A stretch of DNA of 64,000 nucleotides from Eledone cirrhosa (lineage: Eukaryota), in NCBI GenBank assembly GCA_964016885.1, contig OZ024742.1, positions 180,296,001-180,360,000 on the forward strand. Direction: 5' to 3'. Below, piece by piece: positions 37,986-50,960 of the stretch; the stretch's first letter is position 1; each line of letters opens with the position of its first letter. A program made the translations under genes and the position numbers. The notes below the pieces were generated by a model, which saw only the letters and a program-made list of their open reading frames with translations, did not search any database and had not been told where the DNA came from.

Positions 37986-38673
37986 AAGAGGTTTCCCAGT
38001 ACTCCTCGCTATATTGCTATCCTTTGCTCTGATAGCGGCTCGTTTTTCCACTCTTTCGCCTGCATTTTGTTCTAAGTGGCTTAAAATATGTGTATTACTT
38101 GTGTATTTTTTCTTTCTTTTTTCCTTTCCTTTTCCTTTGTATATATTATATTTGTTATTGTTTTCGTTCCGTAACCGTTATATTAATTGAGTTTTTAAAA
38201 AAAAGAGTTAATAAATAAATAAAGAGTTCATAAATAAATAAAGAGTTAATAAATAAATAAAACGTTATACTTGTTTTACCCTCCCATTTCCAATTCACCG
38301 AACGCTGCTATCATCACTGTATGTGTGTGTTTATGTAAATGCATACGTGTGAATGTATGTATATTTGTGTGAATGTATGTCCGTGAGTGTGTATTTTTAT
38401 AAGTTTGTGTTTGCGCGATTATAGTTATATACTTATACATATAGATGTATGTGTGTGCACACTCATACGCATCAGCGTGTAGGAAATCATAATCTCGCTA
38501 TCTCTCTCATCACACACTCTCTCTTTCTATATATATGGTAGTTGAAGTGGTGATGGTGGCGACGATATACCGGAAACTGTGAAAAGAATTAAATTTTAAA
38601 TTATTTATTTTTACGAAATTTGTTACGAAATTTAGTAAATAAATTATGTAATATTCATTCATTTATTCAAAGG

Positions 38674-38862
38674 GTACTGGATTGGCAGTATCAGTAGAGA
38701 GTCGGACGCCATGCTTTGACGCATAGAATTACGGCCCTTGCCATTCTGAGTTCAAATACCGCCGAGGTTAACTTTGCCTTTCATCCTTACGGGGTCGATA
38801 AAATAAAGTGCTAATAATACACTGGGATAATTGCTGGCTTTGTGCCAAAAGTAGAAACAATT
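38674..38862 (+). mobile_element. SINE-A with 13-bp TSD inside a Helitron 5' region
   Basis: atttattcaaagg at 38661-38673 and 38863-38875. Empty-site versions exist at ~16100-16125 and ~15110-15135. Confidence 0.93.
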
Positions 38863-40699
38863 ATTTATTCAAAGGAATCCAACTTATTTTACTAACTGGA
38901 TTAAAAGAAATAAACCGTACATAGGCCCGCAGTCCTTACTTTATTATAGTTTATATTAATAGTAGTAGTTGTTGTAGCAATATAAGTAGTAGTAGCAGCA
39001 GTAGCAGTAGTAGTTGCAGCATTAGTAGTAGTAAATGTATCTTTTCTCGACAATATTTCTGATTGGACATTATTCAAAGATTGAGGTGTTCTGTATTGTG
39101 TTACATAAGAATGTGTTATACACTTAATATCCTAAATATCTGACTATTTCCTTTTTGAGCTGGCTGCTATCAAGTCTTTCTGTGTTCTCATTCCTTGGAT
39201 TATTATTTTCTTCAGCAAAATCAGGAGGAAGGCATCTTGCCTGTTGAAGGAGCTCCATGGGGTGGAATGGATGATGCAGTGGGTATCACTGGTCGTTCTC
39301 CATGACAATGCTTTTCCCATCTTGTTTGCTGGGCACAGCTGAAATGTACTACCAAGACAAGGGTATAGAGTTTGCGTCCTCTCCTTCCCCAAGTTCTTTT
39401 TATAGGTTTTCTCTTTGCTTCCATTCTTTTTTCCTCATTTGTTCTCCCTTCCTTTTTGTAGACATATACAACTGAATGTCAAAATTTGAATCAATAAAAA
39501 TCGTTTAATACATAAACAACTAGTAATCATTCAATATGAGTATTGTGTAATAACAAAATATTTTACTCTTTTTAACCTAGGCAAGAAAAAAAATAAAACA
39601 GCATGGCAATGGTACTCTATAACCACAAGATATGTTATTCTTAATATAAATTCTTATCTATGCTGAAACAAGTTGACCTGAGTCAGGTTTACAGTATAGT
39701 TCAGTGCATCGTTTAATATATTGTTGAATTAACTACCACAATACACACTAATAATATGTAGATTTAAACATCAAGTTCTCTGTTGCTGCCACATTCCATG
39801 AGTTTATTGAGCCATTAGTTATATATTTCTCTGTAGGTTATGAAAGATGTAAACAGTTTCTGAAAGTGGTTACAACAATAATGAAAAACAGGAGTCAAGA
39901 TATTCAGCTTTTTCAATCTACAGAGAAATAGGCAAATAAGATATCATCATCGTTATCATCATTTAACATCCATTTTCCATGCTTGGGTTGTCACTTTATA
40001 AGACAAGTCAAACCCAGAGACCACGTATTGCTCACATGGATCTGTATTTTTGGCTTGATTTCTATGGTTAGATACCTTTACTAACACCAACCGTGTTACA
40101 ATATGGACTGGGTACTTTTTGTAGTGTCACCATCATGACCACCTTACAATGTGGACTGGACACTTTTTGTCATGTCACAAGTATGACCACCTTACATTAA
40201 GGACTGAGTGCTTTTTCTTGTGTCACTGTTACAATCATCTAACAGGATGGACAGGGAGCTTTTTATTGTTGTGGTGCCAGATCAGCATATAGGGTGGACT
40301 TTGTGCTTTGTGTCATGGCACAGCAATTTGAGAGGTCAGATGTTTGGTTTTCATGGGCTGGACAGGTGAGGTGTATCATAGCTGGGGGAGAGAGTAGGTA
40401 AGTGAGTTCGATACTGATTAAGTGTGTAAAATAGTTAAGTGTGAATAGGGAATTAAGGTGGGGGAGGGGTGCACAGGAATGTTGCAGCTAGTATGCATAA
40501 CCCCTGCAAGTTTGTTGCGTTTTATTTTTTGCACATGGAAGGGGAAGGAGCAGGTTTTCTGCAGCATAACAGAAAATATGTTTACATATATAAATGTGTA
40601 TGTTTACATCTGTAAATATGTATTTATATATATAAATATGTGTGCTTACATATGTAAATATGTGTTTATGTACATAAATGTCTATATTTAGAGGGTTGG

Positions 40700-41325
40700 G
40701 CTTGCCATTAAGAGGTTATGAGTTTGATTCTCAGAGCTGGTGATGTGTTGTGTTCTTGAGCAAGACGCTTCATTTCACATTGCTCCAGTTTACTCAGCTG
40801 CAGAAGTGAGTTGTAATGTCACTGGTGTCAATTTGTATCACCCATTGCCTTTCCTTTGGACAACATCGGTGGCAGGGAGAGGGGAGACAGGTCTGCATGG
40901 GTGACTGCTCGTCTTCCACAAACAAACCTTGCCCAGGCTTGTGCCTCAAAGGGAAACTTTCTAGGTGCAAAACTATGGTCATTAGTGACTGATGGCTTAG
41001 TGGTTAGAGCATTGGGCTTGCAATCGAAAGGTTGTGAGTTCAATTCTCAGACCGAGTGATGTGTTGTTTCCTTGAGCAAGACAATTTATTTCACATTGCT
41101 CCAGTTTACTCAGCTGTAGAAATGAGATGATAGGGACTGGGGTCCCTATCATTCCACTGCAAAGTGGTCCTGGAGGTGCCACAGCAAAAAGGCACCCACC
41201 ACTCACTGTAAATGAGGTTGGTGTTAGGAAGGGCATCCAGCTGTAGAAATCAAGCCAGAATCAGTTCCCGTCCCATCCTTGCAAGCAGGGAAAAGCGGAC
41301 GTAAAATGATGATGAAGATGATAAT
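40700..41325 (+). mobile_element. Two adjacent tRNA-headed CORE-like SINEs; the second ends in an RTE/Bov-B-type tail
   Basis: tggcttagtggttagagc...gagttcaattc, then tccttgagcaagaca, and finally ggtgttaggaagggcatccagctgtagaaa...ggacgtaaaat(gat)n. Confidence 0.75.
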
Positions 41326-42174
41326 GATAAATGTCTGTATTTACATATGTAAATATGTTTATATATAGAAAATATATGTGTTTACATATATACATATGTT
41401 TTTTTACATATAGAAATGTATGTTTACATATATACATATGTGTGTTTACATATATAAATGTATGCATTTACATATATAAATGCATGCTTACTTATATAAA
41501 TCTGTGTGTTTATATATATGAATGTCTGCTTGCATATATATGTGTTTGCTTGCAGGGGAAGCAGATGTTAAAATGACAATGATGATGATGATGATGAAAT
41601 GTATGTGTTTACATATATAATGCTTACATATATAGATGTGCTTACACATATAAATGTGTGTTTACATATATAAATGTATACATATATAAATGTTTATATA
41701 TATAAATGTATGTGTTTACTTATATAAATATGCGTGTACATATATAAATGTATTTGCATATATAAATCCATACTTATTTATATAAATGTGTATATGTTTA
41801 TAAGCACATTTCTCACAGCTTAGTTAAATCCTATTTGGTTTCTGTGGTGATATGAATTTATAGTATGCTTCAGAACAAATTAAGATACAATTTATACTAA
41901 CAATTAACAGCTGCACAACAGGAGTACATATATAACCAGATATTTTACTCTAATTAACAACTAGCAATGGCACAACAGGAGTACTATATAACAACAAAAT
42001 ATGTTCCTTTTACTAGCCAATCAACTAACAATGGCACAACTACAGTGCCTTGCAGTAAAACAATGTTAACTTCTTATATATTGATTTCTAATCTAGGCCC
42101 AAGGTTAGCTTTAAGTATTTTTTTTTTTTGCAGCATTTGTTGCTTCACCCTGGAGGGTGGAGGTAACTAATAAT

Positions 42175-42575
42175 GATTTCTAGCATAGGTACTAAACCAG
42201 AAAATTTAGAGGTAGCGCAAAGTTGATTAAATCAACCCCAGTATTTCATGGTACTTTATTTTATCGGCCCCAGAATAATGAAAGCCAAAGTTGACTATGG
42301 CAGGATTTCAACTCAGAGTGTAAAGAACTAGAACAAATACTGCAATTGCATTTTATCTGATGCAGTGGATTGGCTGTATTGGTAGAACATCAGACAAAAT
42401 GATTTACAGTATTTAGTAATGGCTTTCTATGTTCTTGGTTCAATTCCCACCAAAGTCACCTTTACTCTTCATCCTTCTGGGTCAATAAAATAAAGTACCC
42501 GTTATATACTGGAGTCGATATAATCAACTTTCCCCTTCCTCCAAATTACTGGCTTTGAACCAATTTTAGAAAGAG
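42175..42575. mobile_element. Head-to-head inverted pair of old SINE-A copies
   Basis: A minus copy at ~42175-42363 is immediately followed by a plus copy at ~42365-42575. Confidence 0.75.
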
Positions 42576-43219
42576 TTATTACTGAACAAACAACTGCTTA
42601 TGGAATGTTAACTGAGAAGTTAAGGGCTGAAACACTCGCTTGAGGTGGGGGGGGGGGGTCTTATCTGAAGACCTTCTACTATCCAGCTCACCTGAGAGTT
42701 TCTTACCACCGTTTCTTACAACTAGAGTTTAAATCTCATGTAAGTTGTCAATTAGACTGATCATGATGTTAGTTAGCCCTTTCATTACCATATTCTTAAT
42801 GAAAGACACTGCCTGTGATGATTTTTCTGGTGCCACGATATTAGATGTTTCACCTCTTCAGATTTTGTACCAAATGAAACTGCACTAGCATGACATTCTT
42901 GAAAATTACAAAACCGTGATATGAATGCATTACATTTAAAATTCAAGCTTTATTTTATTTAATCGCACATTTTCACAACAATCTGCCCATTGATAAAGAT
43001 TCTACAAACATTTTAATTAAACAAGGAACATGAAATCATGTTAGCAGGACATTAATGAAAACAACACTAATGCTGCCAATTTCCTAAATAATCTGTCCAA
43101 TAGTAAAGCTATTGTAAACATTTGAATAACAACCCATTTTAGATTACATGTTTAACCTAAATCATTAGAGGATGTTAGAATTAATTGTTCTACATCTGGG
43201 TAGGAAATGGAAATGTTAG

Positions 43220-44130
43220 GTTTTGGGATTCAAGTTAAGAGAATTCTAAAGACAACACTGTACATCCATCCAACCATAAATACATATGCATATTATGTGA
43301 TAACCTTTTATAAGATACTGATGAAACATGTGGCAGAAGTAAAGCACAGCCAGACAGAGGGCGACCTTGTGGTGGAACAGCACAGAGGATAAAGCCATTA
43401 AAGCCAAGAGACAAGGGTGGAAAGGCTGGAAAGGTAGCTAAATGATGGTTATACACAATTGGAGAGAGACTGAAAAAAAGGTTTGCCAATGTCTTGAGAT
43501 GTGAAGACCAGAGATGTGAAGAGTTCTGCATTGCAAGGGAGTGTGTTAGTGTAAATCGGGGGAGGAAAATGTGTTAGAAATGACACTGGTGCAGCAGTTC
43601 AATCATACTTTGCTACAAGGGCAAATGTGAGGCTCTAAAAAGGAGCAACTACAGAGGACCAACTTTTAAAAGTGATGGAAAGCATTATAGCATAACTAAT
43701 TAGGAAAAGAGTCAAATTAGATGAGATGCAGTTCGGTTTCATGCCTGGGAAAAGTACTAAATATGCCTTCTACTTTAAGGCAACTACAAGAGAAATTCCT
43801 AGCTTAGAATAAGCCACTATATTTAGCTTTTGTAGACCTAGAAAAGGCCTTTGACAAAGAATCTTGATCTAATATCTGGTGGTCCTAAAGGAAATTAGAA
43901 GAATGGCTTGTAAGAGTAGTGTAAGCCATATACAGAGGCAATGTCAGTAAAGTGAAAGTAGGAAGTGAGTTTAGTCAGGAATTCAAGGTACAGGTAGGAG
44001 TTCATGAGGGTTCAGTTCTCAGCCCACTGCTGTTCATCATAGTTCTCCTTGCCATAACAGAGGAGTTTAAAACTGGCTGTCCATGGGAACTTTTCTATGC
44101 AGATGATTATTTCCTTATAGCTGAATCCAT
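43220..44130 (+). mobile_element. RTE/Bov-B-like RT fragment, decayed
   Basis: CYKGK.EALKRSNYRG, LDEMQFGFMPGKST, FVDLEKAFD, VGVHEGSVLSPLLF and ELFYADD. Confidence 0.88.
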
Positions 44131-44439
44131 CCAGGATAATGTAATAAACAGAGGATGTATAGGTGATACTGTCTCTCTTCTTTTTTATAATATTGACATT
44201 CTGTTTGATACCTTATAGGTAATACCATAAAGTACTCACGTTGTAGAGTGCTTATGTCTCTTTACACTACAGTCACTCAATTGTTTGATCAACCAATGCT
44301 TTATATATATATATTGAAATTAAATTACAAAAAACTCTAATTCTGGGAGTATAAACAAGATAGATGAAAAATGTTTCTATCTAACTTCATTGAGATGTTT
44401 AGGTATTACACACTAATTAACGTTTAATATATATATCAT

Positions 44440-46345
44440 CATCATCATCATCATCATCGTTTAACGTCCATGTTCCACGCTTGCATGGGTTTGGACGGGA
44501 GTTTTCCCACTTGAGGCAAGAGTGGTTGTCTTGCTCGCATAGGACTGTCTGGCGGGTTTTCTACAGTTGGATGCCCTTCCTAACACCAACCACATTTACA
44601 GTGTGGGGCTGGGAGGTTTTTACCATGTTGCCTACACGGCCACATTACAGCGTGGACTGTTTCGCTGGTTTTCTACAGCTGGATGCCCTTCCTAACACCA
44701 ACCACATTTACAGTGTAGGGCTGGGAGGTTTTTACCGTGTTGCCTACACGGCCATATTTACAGCGTGGACTGTGTGTTTTTTTTTGTCATGACACCTACA
44801 CGATCTCATTTGTTTCGGCCTGGATTTTGTGGCACCAACAGACCTTTACATTGATTGGGGCGGTGTGGATGGGGTTGGGGTAGTGGGACGGGGGGTGTAT
44901 TTTGTTAGAGATGCCTACTGACTGTAGTAGGTTTTACTTTGTATTTAGGTAAGGCGGGTCTTCTCTATTACTGAGTACCGCCAAAGGTCTCGGTCCAGTG
45001 ACATTGTCTTGGAGAGGTGTAAGTGTGTGAGGTCGGAATTTATCAGCTCGTCCCAGGTTTTTCTGGGTCTGCCTACTCCGTGGCTACCATCTATCTTTAT
45101 TGCCCTGCACTTTGCTATACAGCTGTTGTCTTTCATGCGCATCACATGACCATACCAACGTAGCCTTATCTCGAGTAAACAACATCTGATCCCTCTTATT
45201 TCTAATTTTTTCCTTAGTTTGTTTATGCTTTGCCGTTCGCGTATATTACTATTACACATCCAGCGGAGCATGCAAGCTTCGTTCCTCTCTAGTCTGCGTA
45301 TATCCTCTGCACACAATGCCCAGGTCTCACTGCCATGCAACATTGCTGTTCGTATGCAGGCATCATACAACCTGCCTTTCATTTTTAGGGAGAACGCTTT
45401 AGCGGCTAATAGTGGTATAAGCTCTCTGAATTTTTTCCATCCAGTTCTGACTCTAGCTACTGTACTTTCAGAGCACCCTCCCCCACTGCTGATTTTGTCA
45501 CCCAGGTAACGGAAGCTGTCCACTATTTCTATAGAACCCTCTGCGCAATTGAAAGAGCTAGTATTTATGGGCACTTGCTGCTACTTATTGCACCAGAGCA
45601 CCGGCCACATGTAAAATCTGTGTTCTTAGTTAGCTTACCTGTGATCCCACTACATCTTTTATGCACCCATACTTTGCATTTGGGACATAAAATGGAGTTT
45701 CTACCTACGCCTTTCCTACACACTGAGCATAGCCATATCCCAGAAGGGACCGCCGCCTTATTTTCTTTCTTACAAACTAGAACTTTAGTCTTAGCCAGGT
45801 TAATTTTAAGGCCTTTTGATTCTAGGCCGTGCTTCCATGTTTGGAATTTCTTCTCTAGCTCGGCCATTGATTCAGCTATGAGCGTTAGATCATCTGCGTA
45901 TAGGAGTTCCCATGGGCAGCCGGTCTTGAACTCCTCTATTATAGCCTGAAGGGCAATAATAAATAGTAGGGGGCTAAGAACAGAGCCCTGATGGACACCA
46001 ACCTTTACGCTAAACTCTTCACTATATTCGTTGTTAATTCTAACCTTGCTCACTGTTTCTTTATACATGGCTTGTATAGCTCTCACAAGCCATTCGTCAA
46101 CACCTAGTTTTCTAAGAGCCCACCAGATAATGGAACGGGGGACTCTGTCGAAGGCTTTCTCCAAGTCGACAAAGGCTAAGTATAGGGGTTTACTTTTAGC
46201 TAGGTACTTCTCCTGTAGTTGTCGTACAATGAAAAGAGCGTCTGTGGTACTTTTGCCTGACACAAACCCGAACTGCATTTCATCTAGATCGATTCTCTCT
46301 CTGATTAGTTGCGCTATTACTTTTTCCGTGACCTTCATGACCTGG
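44440..46345 (-). mobile_element. 5'-truncated RTE/Bov-B-like LINE; RT with embedded PHD-like finger, one frameshift, complete 3'UTR and (GAT)n tail
   Basis: ORFs 45565-46338 (QFGF, FVDLEKAFDRV, GVHQGSVLSP, LYADD, C-x2-C...C-x2-C-x4-H-x2-C...C-x2-C) and 44945-45574 (FRYLG, HGSETW, RLRWYGHVMR, GRPRKTW). Confidence 0.95.
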
Positions 46346-46463
46346 AGTGAGGGGGAGTGTGAGAGCAGCGGGAATATTATTTAGAATTATAGAAAACAAA
46401 CAATTATTGTAAGATATATAGACAAACAATTATTGTAAGATATATAGATGCGAGGACTCGCAT

Positions 46464-46593
46464 CAATATATCTTACAAGCCCCCAGAATCAAAAAATCAT
46501 GTTCATAATTGTTTGTCTTTCTATAATTCTAAATAATATTCCCGCAACCATTTTGGCCGAAAAAAAAAAATTATGCCAGGTTAAATTTAGGGA

Positions 46594-46627
<34 letters not shown>

Positions 46628-47099
46628 GGCCTGCTGAAATCGCCTCTCACCTTCTCACCCCCTCACTCTCACTATCATATACGCTGCTCTCACACTCCCC
46701 CTCACTCCTTGCCAACCAAATATAAATAAGTCTTGTTACAGGGGACTAAACCCAGAATTTGTCTCCTATTATTGATGGTCGCTTGTTCAGTTTTCTTCTA
46801 CGAAATGTAACGTAAATATTTCATTTTCTTCTCAACTCTCCACATTCAGTTCATTCATCTATATATCTTACAATCCCCCAGAATCAAAAAATCGTATTCA
46901 AAATTGGCTTTCTATAATTCTGTTCTGTCTCACCGTTGTTCTAAAAATAATTCTGCTCCTCACATCTATATATCTTACAAGCCCCCAGAATCAAAAAATC
47001 ATGTTCATAATTGTTTGTCTTTCTATAATTCTAAATAATATTCCCGCAACCATTTTGGCCGAAAAAAAAATTATGCCAGGTTAAATTTAGGGATTGGCA

Positions 47100-47115
<16 letters not shown>
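46464..47115 (+). mobile_element. Three tandem putative Helitron-type 5' ends (A|TCTATATATCTTACAAGCCCCCAGAATC) of a second family
   Basis: The motif recurs at ~46464, ~46858 and ~46965. 46965-47110 nearly duplicates 46464-46620. No matching CTRR 3' end was identified. Confidence 0.45.
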
Positions 47116-47133
<18 letters not shown>

Positions 47134-47519
47134 CATACTTTTTTTTTTTTTTTTTTTGTATAAATATTCAGAATATATATCTGAATATATATATATATAT
47201 ATATGGTGTTAGGAAAGGCATCCGACCATAGAAAACCTGAGATAGTCCTATACGAGCGAGGCACGGTCAAGCGACCAATCTTGCCTCAAGTGGGACAACT
47301 CCCATCTAACCCATGCTATCGTGGAAGATGGACGTTAAACGATGATGATGATGATGATGATTATATATATATATATATTATCTCAACATCTATTCCCATT
47401 CTTACTGTGCAGTGTTTGAAGCAACTTGTCAGCCATTAAATATATATGTATTCATAAATCTGTTGTGCTCTACAGCATTTTAAATATGATATATATATTA
47501 ATATATATAGATCAATAAT

Positions 47520-47705
47520 TGTTTCTACTTTTGGCACAAGGCCAGCAAATATCCAGTACATTACTGGTACTTTATTTTATCGACCCCGTAAGGATGAAAG
47601 GCAAAGTTAACCTCGGCGGGATTTGAACTCAGACTGTAAAGGGACGTAACTATGCTAGAAAGCATGGCGTCCGACCCTCTACCGATACTGCCAATCCACC
47701 GCCCT
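47520..47705 (-). mobile_element. SINE-A with 13-bp TSD
   Basis: atagatcaataat on both sides. Confidence 0.9.
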
Positions 47706-48036
47706 CGGTGGTACATAATAGATCAATAATGACAAAAATACAGGGATGGAAAAACACAAAGTCTTATTAAATTCAAACTTGGGAATGAAGACAAAGAATA
47801 AGGAGATAGGAAGTAAGTGAATGGTTCAATGTATCCAACATAAGTCCTTCTTCAGGAAATAGCAAAGTACAGAGAGTGAGAGAAAGTTGGTATAGTAGAG
47901 GTTGGAAGGCTGGAATAAAAATTCAGATGGATGAGGAGGGCAGGCGAGTAGTTCAGTGGGCATGGGTCGGGCTCAAGGTAGAGAGTCTAGGTGTGTCATG
48001 GGTGCTGTTATGTGTGTGCAGATGGAGTGCACTTCA

Positions 48037-48075
<39 letters not shown>

Positions 48076-48079
48076 TATA

Positions 48080-48810
48080 TCATCATCATCATCAGTATTT
48101 AACATCTTTTCCATGCTAGTATGGTTTAGACGGGTTGTCCCATTTGAGGCAAGCCAGGTCAGGTGACTGTGTCTTGTTCATACAGAACTGTTACTGGCTT
48201 GGTTTCTATGGTTGGATGACCTTCCTAACACCAACATTTACAGTGTGTGCTGGGTGCATTTTGTCATGGCACCAAAACAACCACCTTACAGTGTAGACAG
48301 TGGACTGGGGTGGGGGTATAAAGGCGTGGGAGTAGAGTGAGGGTGATTAGGATGTGGGTGGAGTGTTAGGGCATGGTAGGTGTATAGAAGTGTAGAGGGA
48401 AGGTAGGGGTTATGTGGTACATAATAGATGTATGCTTCAACTTGAGCGCAGGGGAAAGTAGGTCTTCTGAATTGCTTTATAATGCTAAAGGTCTCAATCC
48501 TGTGCCATCACCTTTAAGAAGTGCAATTGTGCAAGGTCAGCTTTTATCACCTCATCCCAGGTCTTCCTATGTTTTTTCTACTCCATAGCTTCCATAAACT
48601 TTGATCACCCTGCAACTTTTTTATACAGTTGTCATCCTTCATATGCATCACATGGTCATACAATACAATCTCTTTTCTTGCACACTGCATCTGATCTTTC
48701 TTATGCCCAGTTTATCTCTCAGTTCAGTTACACTTTGCTGCTCACGTATATGTATATTACTATTACACATGCACCAGATCATGCCAGCTTCATTTCTTTT
48801 CTTTCTTATA
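48080..48810 (-). mobile_element. RTE/Bov-B-like 3' fragment with 3'UTR
   Basis: Homologous to 44440-45290 (KTWDEVIK.DL, 3'UTR motif ggtgttaggaagg...aacc...gcatggaaaagatgttaaa(gat)n). Tail-only relatives lie at ~2860-3200, 29480-29820, 39950-40400, 47205-47360 and 61600-61900. Confidence 0.75.
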
Positions 48811-50711
48811 TGAATATATGGAGGCACATAGCTTAGTGGTTAGAGTTCCCGTCCCACCCTTGCAAGCAGGGAAAAAGCAGACGTAAAATGAAATGATGAT
48901 GATGATGATGATGATGATATATATGATGATGGGAAGGGCACCAGCCATGAAGGGCTTGCCAAACTTCAGCCATGTCAAGAACATGGCAGCCTCCCTATTG
49001 TTTAGTGATCTACACAATAAATACACTTAGTACATGCTGTAAAGTAGTTAGTAATAGGAATGGCATCAAGCCATAGGGAACTTGCCAAACAAAAAGTTGG
49101 AGGACCTTCTGTTCTGTCAAGGACAGGACAACCTTTCCTGTGCACTCAGTAGATTTTGAGACCATACATAAGCGAGGCACAAATCTATGACCTGTCTGGG
49201 AAATTATTAGCCCTGCTTCACCACTGGTTTTGTCTGTGTGGATCTGTCCAACCCTTGATAACAAATCAGTAAAATATTAGGAATCAAACTTTAATTAAAC
49301 AAATCCAACAAATTGTATGAATGCAAAGGTGCAGAGAAGATAGATAATTATGCAATGCATGAATATCCAAGGTGTATGTGTATATATATATGTGTATGAC
49401 AGATACATAGATAGATATTAAAATGATCATTGGGATTATAACTACATCACTATATGGGCCTAACAGTCATGTTCCTGATGTTAATTGCTGTTTACTTTCA
49501 AATATTTATTAATCATTTCCTTCAATATCATATTTTCCCCATCCTTTCAAACATTTCTGATTCACTAATCTAAATAGTTTAAAAGGAGGAAATTAAACAA
49601 GGCTGTGTTGATGGAATAAATTAAATACAAATCATATAAAAGCTCTAATTAAATTTCTCTCATACCTTAGTCTGTCGTTACACCATATTTCTTCTGAAAC
49701 TAATTTTCTCTTGATTAATTCTTTTAATTTCCTAATTCAGAAAACTTCTTTTTCTTTGCTTCTTTTCCTTCCTTATTTCAACTATTCACCTTCTACTGTT
49801 GCCCACCCTCCCACCTGGCTCCCATCTCTTTCACCCCCTCATCCCTATACATGGTCCCAGAACATTATTATACCAGAGGTTATCACTGTTAATGCTGATC
49901 ACAGAAGAATGTTAACCCATTCAAAGTATCAAAGAGTTTTAATTTAAAAAGTCCCTTTCGTCGTCTTCGTCATCATCATCATTGTCAACGTCATCATCAT
50001 TATCATCATGACCAACACCACCAAAACCATCAACACCACCACCACCACCAAAACCACCAACACCACCACCATCATCACCATCATCAGAAGCAACAACATT
50101 CACTTCAGTTCTACAAACAAGTGAGGCAATTAAACATTAGAATTCAAAGACGCAAATTGTTAAATAACACATGTAACTCAGAAAAAGTGTTGAGCTGTCA
50201 GAAATGATAGGGCACTGGGCTAATGTTCTGTTGCTTTAATCCCTTTGTGTTCTGATTTCAAATCCTACAGAGGTCAACTTTGTTTTTTCACCTCTCAAGT
50301 GTTGATAAAATAACTCCCATTAAACTATTGATAGTCAATTCAATTAATTACAACTTACATTAATGAAGAATGGATCACAACGTGTAGAGAGATGATCCAT
50401 CCAACCCATGCAAGCATGAAAACATTAACATAAAAATGATGATGATGATGATGATGATGATGAAAACATATTAGTATTGTGCCTGATCAAAATGAAAGGA
50501 AGGTTATAGGTTAACACTAGATTTTCAATAATCTATATGGTTTTGGTTCTGTCCTTAAATTAGTTTTGGTTGAAAGCGTTTCAGTTGTGAAAATGTTGTT
50601 TTGATATTATACAGTAGACAAATATAATATATGTTGAAATATTTACAAAACGAACTTTGTTTTATATTTCAAATATATTCTAGATTAAATTCTATAAATA
50701 AGCAATTGCAT

Positions 50712-50742
<31 letters not shown>

Positions 50743-50747
50743 ATATT

Positions 50748-50757
50748 GTGGGTGGGC

Positions 50758-50790
<33 letters not shown>

Positions 50791-50960
50791 CTATTTGGGG
50801 GGAGAGAGAGAGGAAGGCAAAAACCCAACCACGATGCCTCGCGGTTTTAGTTTGTATTCAGCAAGCCTTTTCATGGGAGTGCACCCTTGAAAAGGCTTGC
50901 TGAATACAAGCCAAAACTGCTAGGCATTGCAGTCAGGTTTTTACCTTCCTCTATACCCAC
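50748..50960. mobile_element. Hairpin (fold-back) MITE-like element
   Basis: ~65-bp imperfect arms with a perfect core ttgtattcagcaagccttttca / tgaaaaggcttgctgaatacaa. Outer ends gtgggt ... acccac. Confidence 0.7.

Larger units (their letters stand above)
37033..38955 (-). mobile_element. Non-autonomous Helitron of the same family, carrying inserted LINE fragments and a SINE
   Basis: 3' CTAG at 37033-37036 with hairpin. 38220-38955 is highly similar to 15697-16195, with the 5' TC mutated to TA. Confidence 0.7.

Noticed and set aside
39125-39340. Coding-looking minus-strand frame (VPSKQDGKSIVMENDQ*YPLHHPFHPMELLQQARCLPPDF...)
   Set aside because: It has an internal stop and no recognisable homology, so it cannot be supported as an exon or a pseudogene.
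40992-41065. Functional tRNA genes (also SINE-A heads and 20746-20820)
   Set aside because: A and B boxes are present but the cloverleaf stems are broken and each continues into a SINE body or tail.
43655-46345. The two inverted RT fragments sharing one truncation point (twin priming)
   Set aside because: The + copy extends further upstream (CYKGK...NYRG) and is far more decayed, so these are independent insertions.
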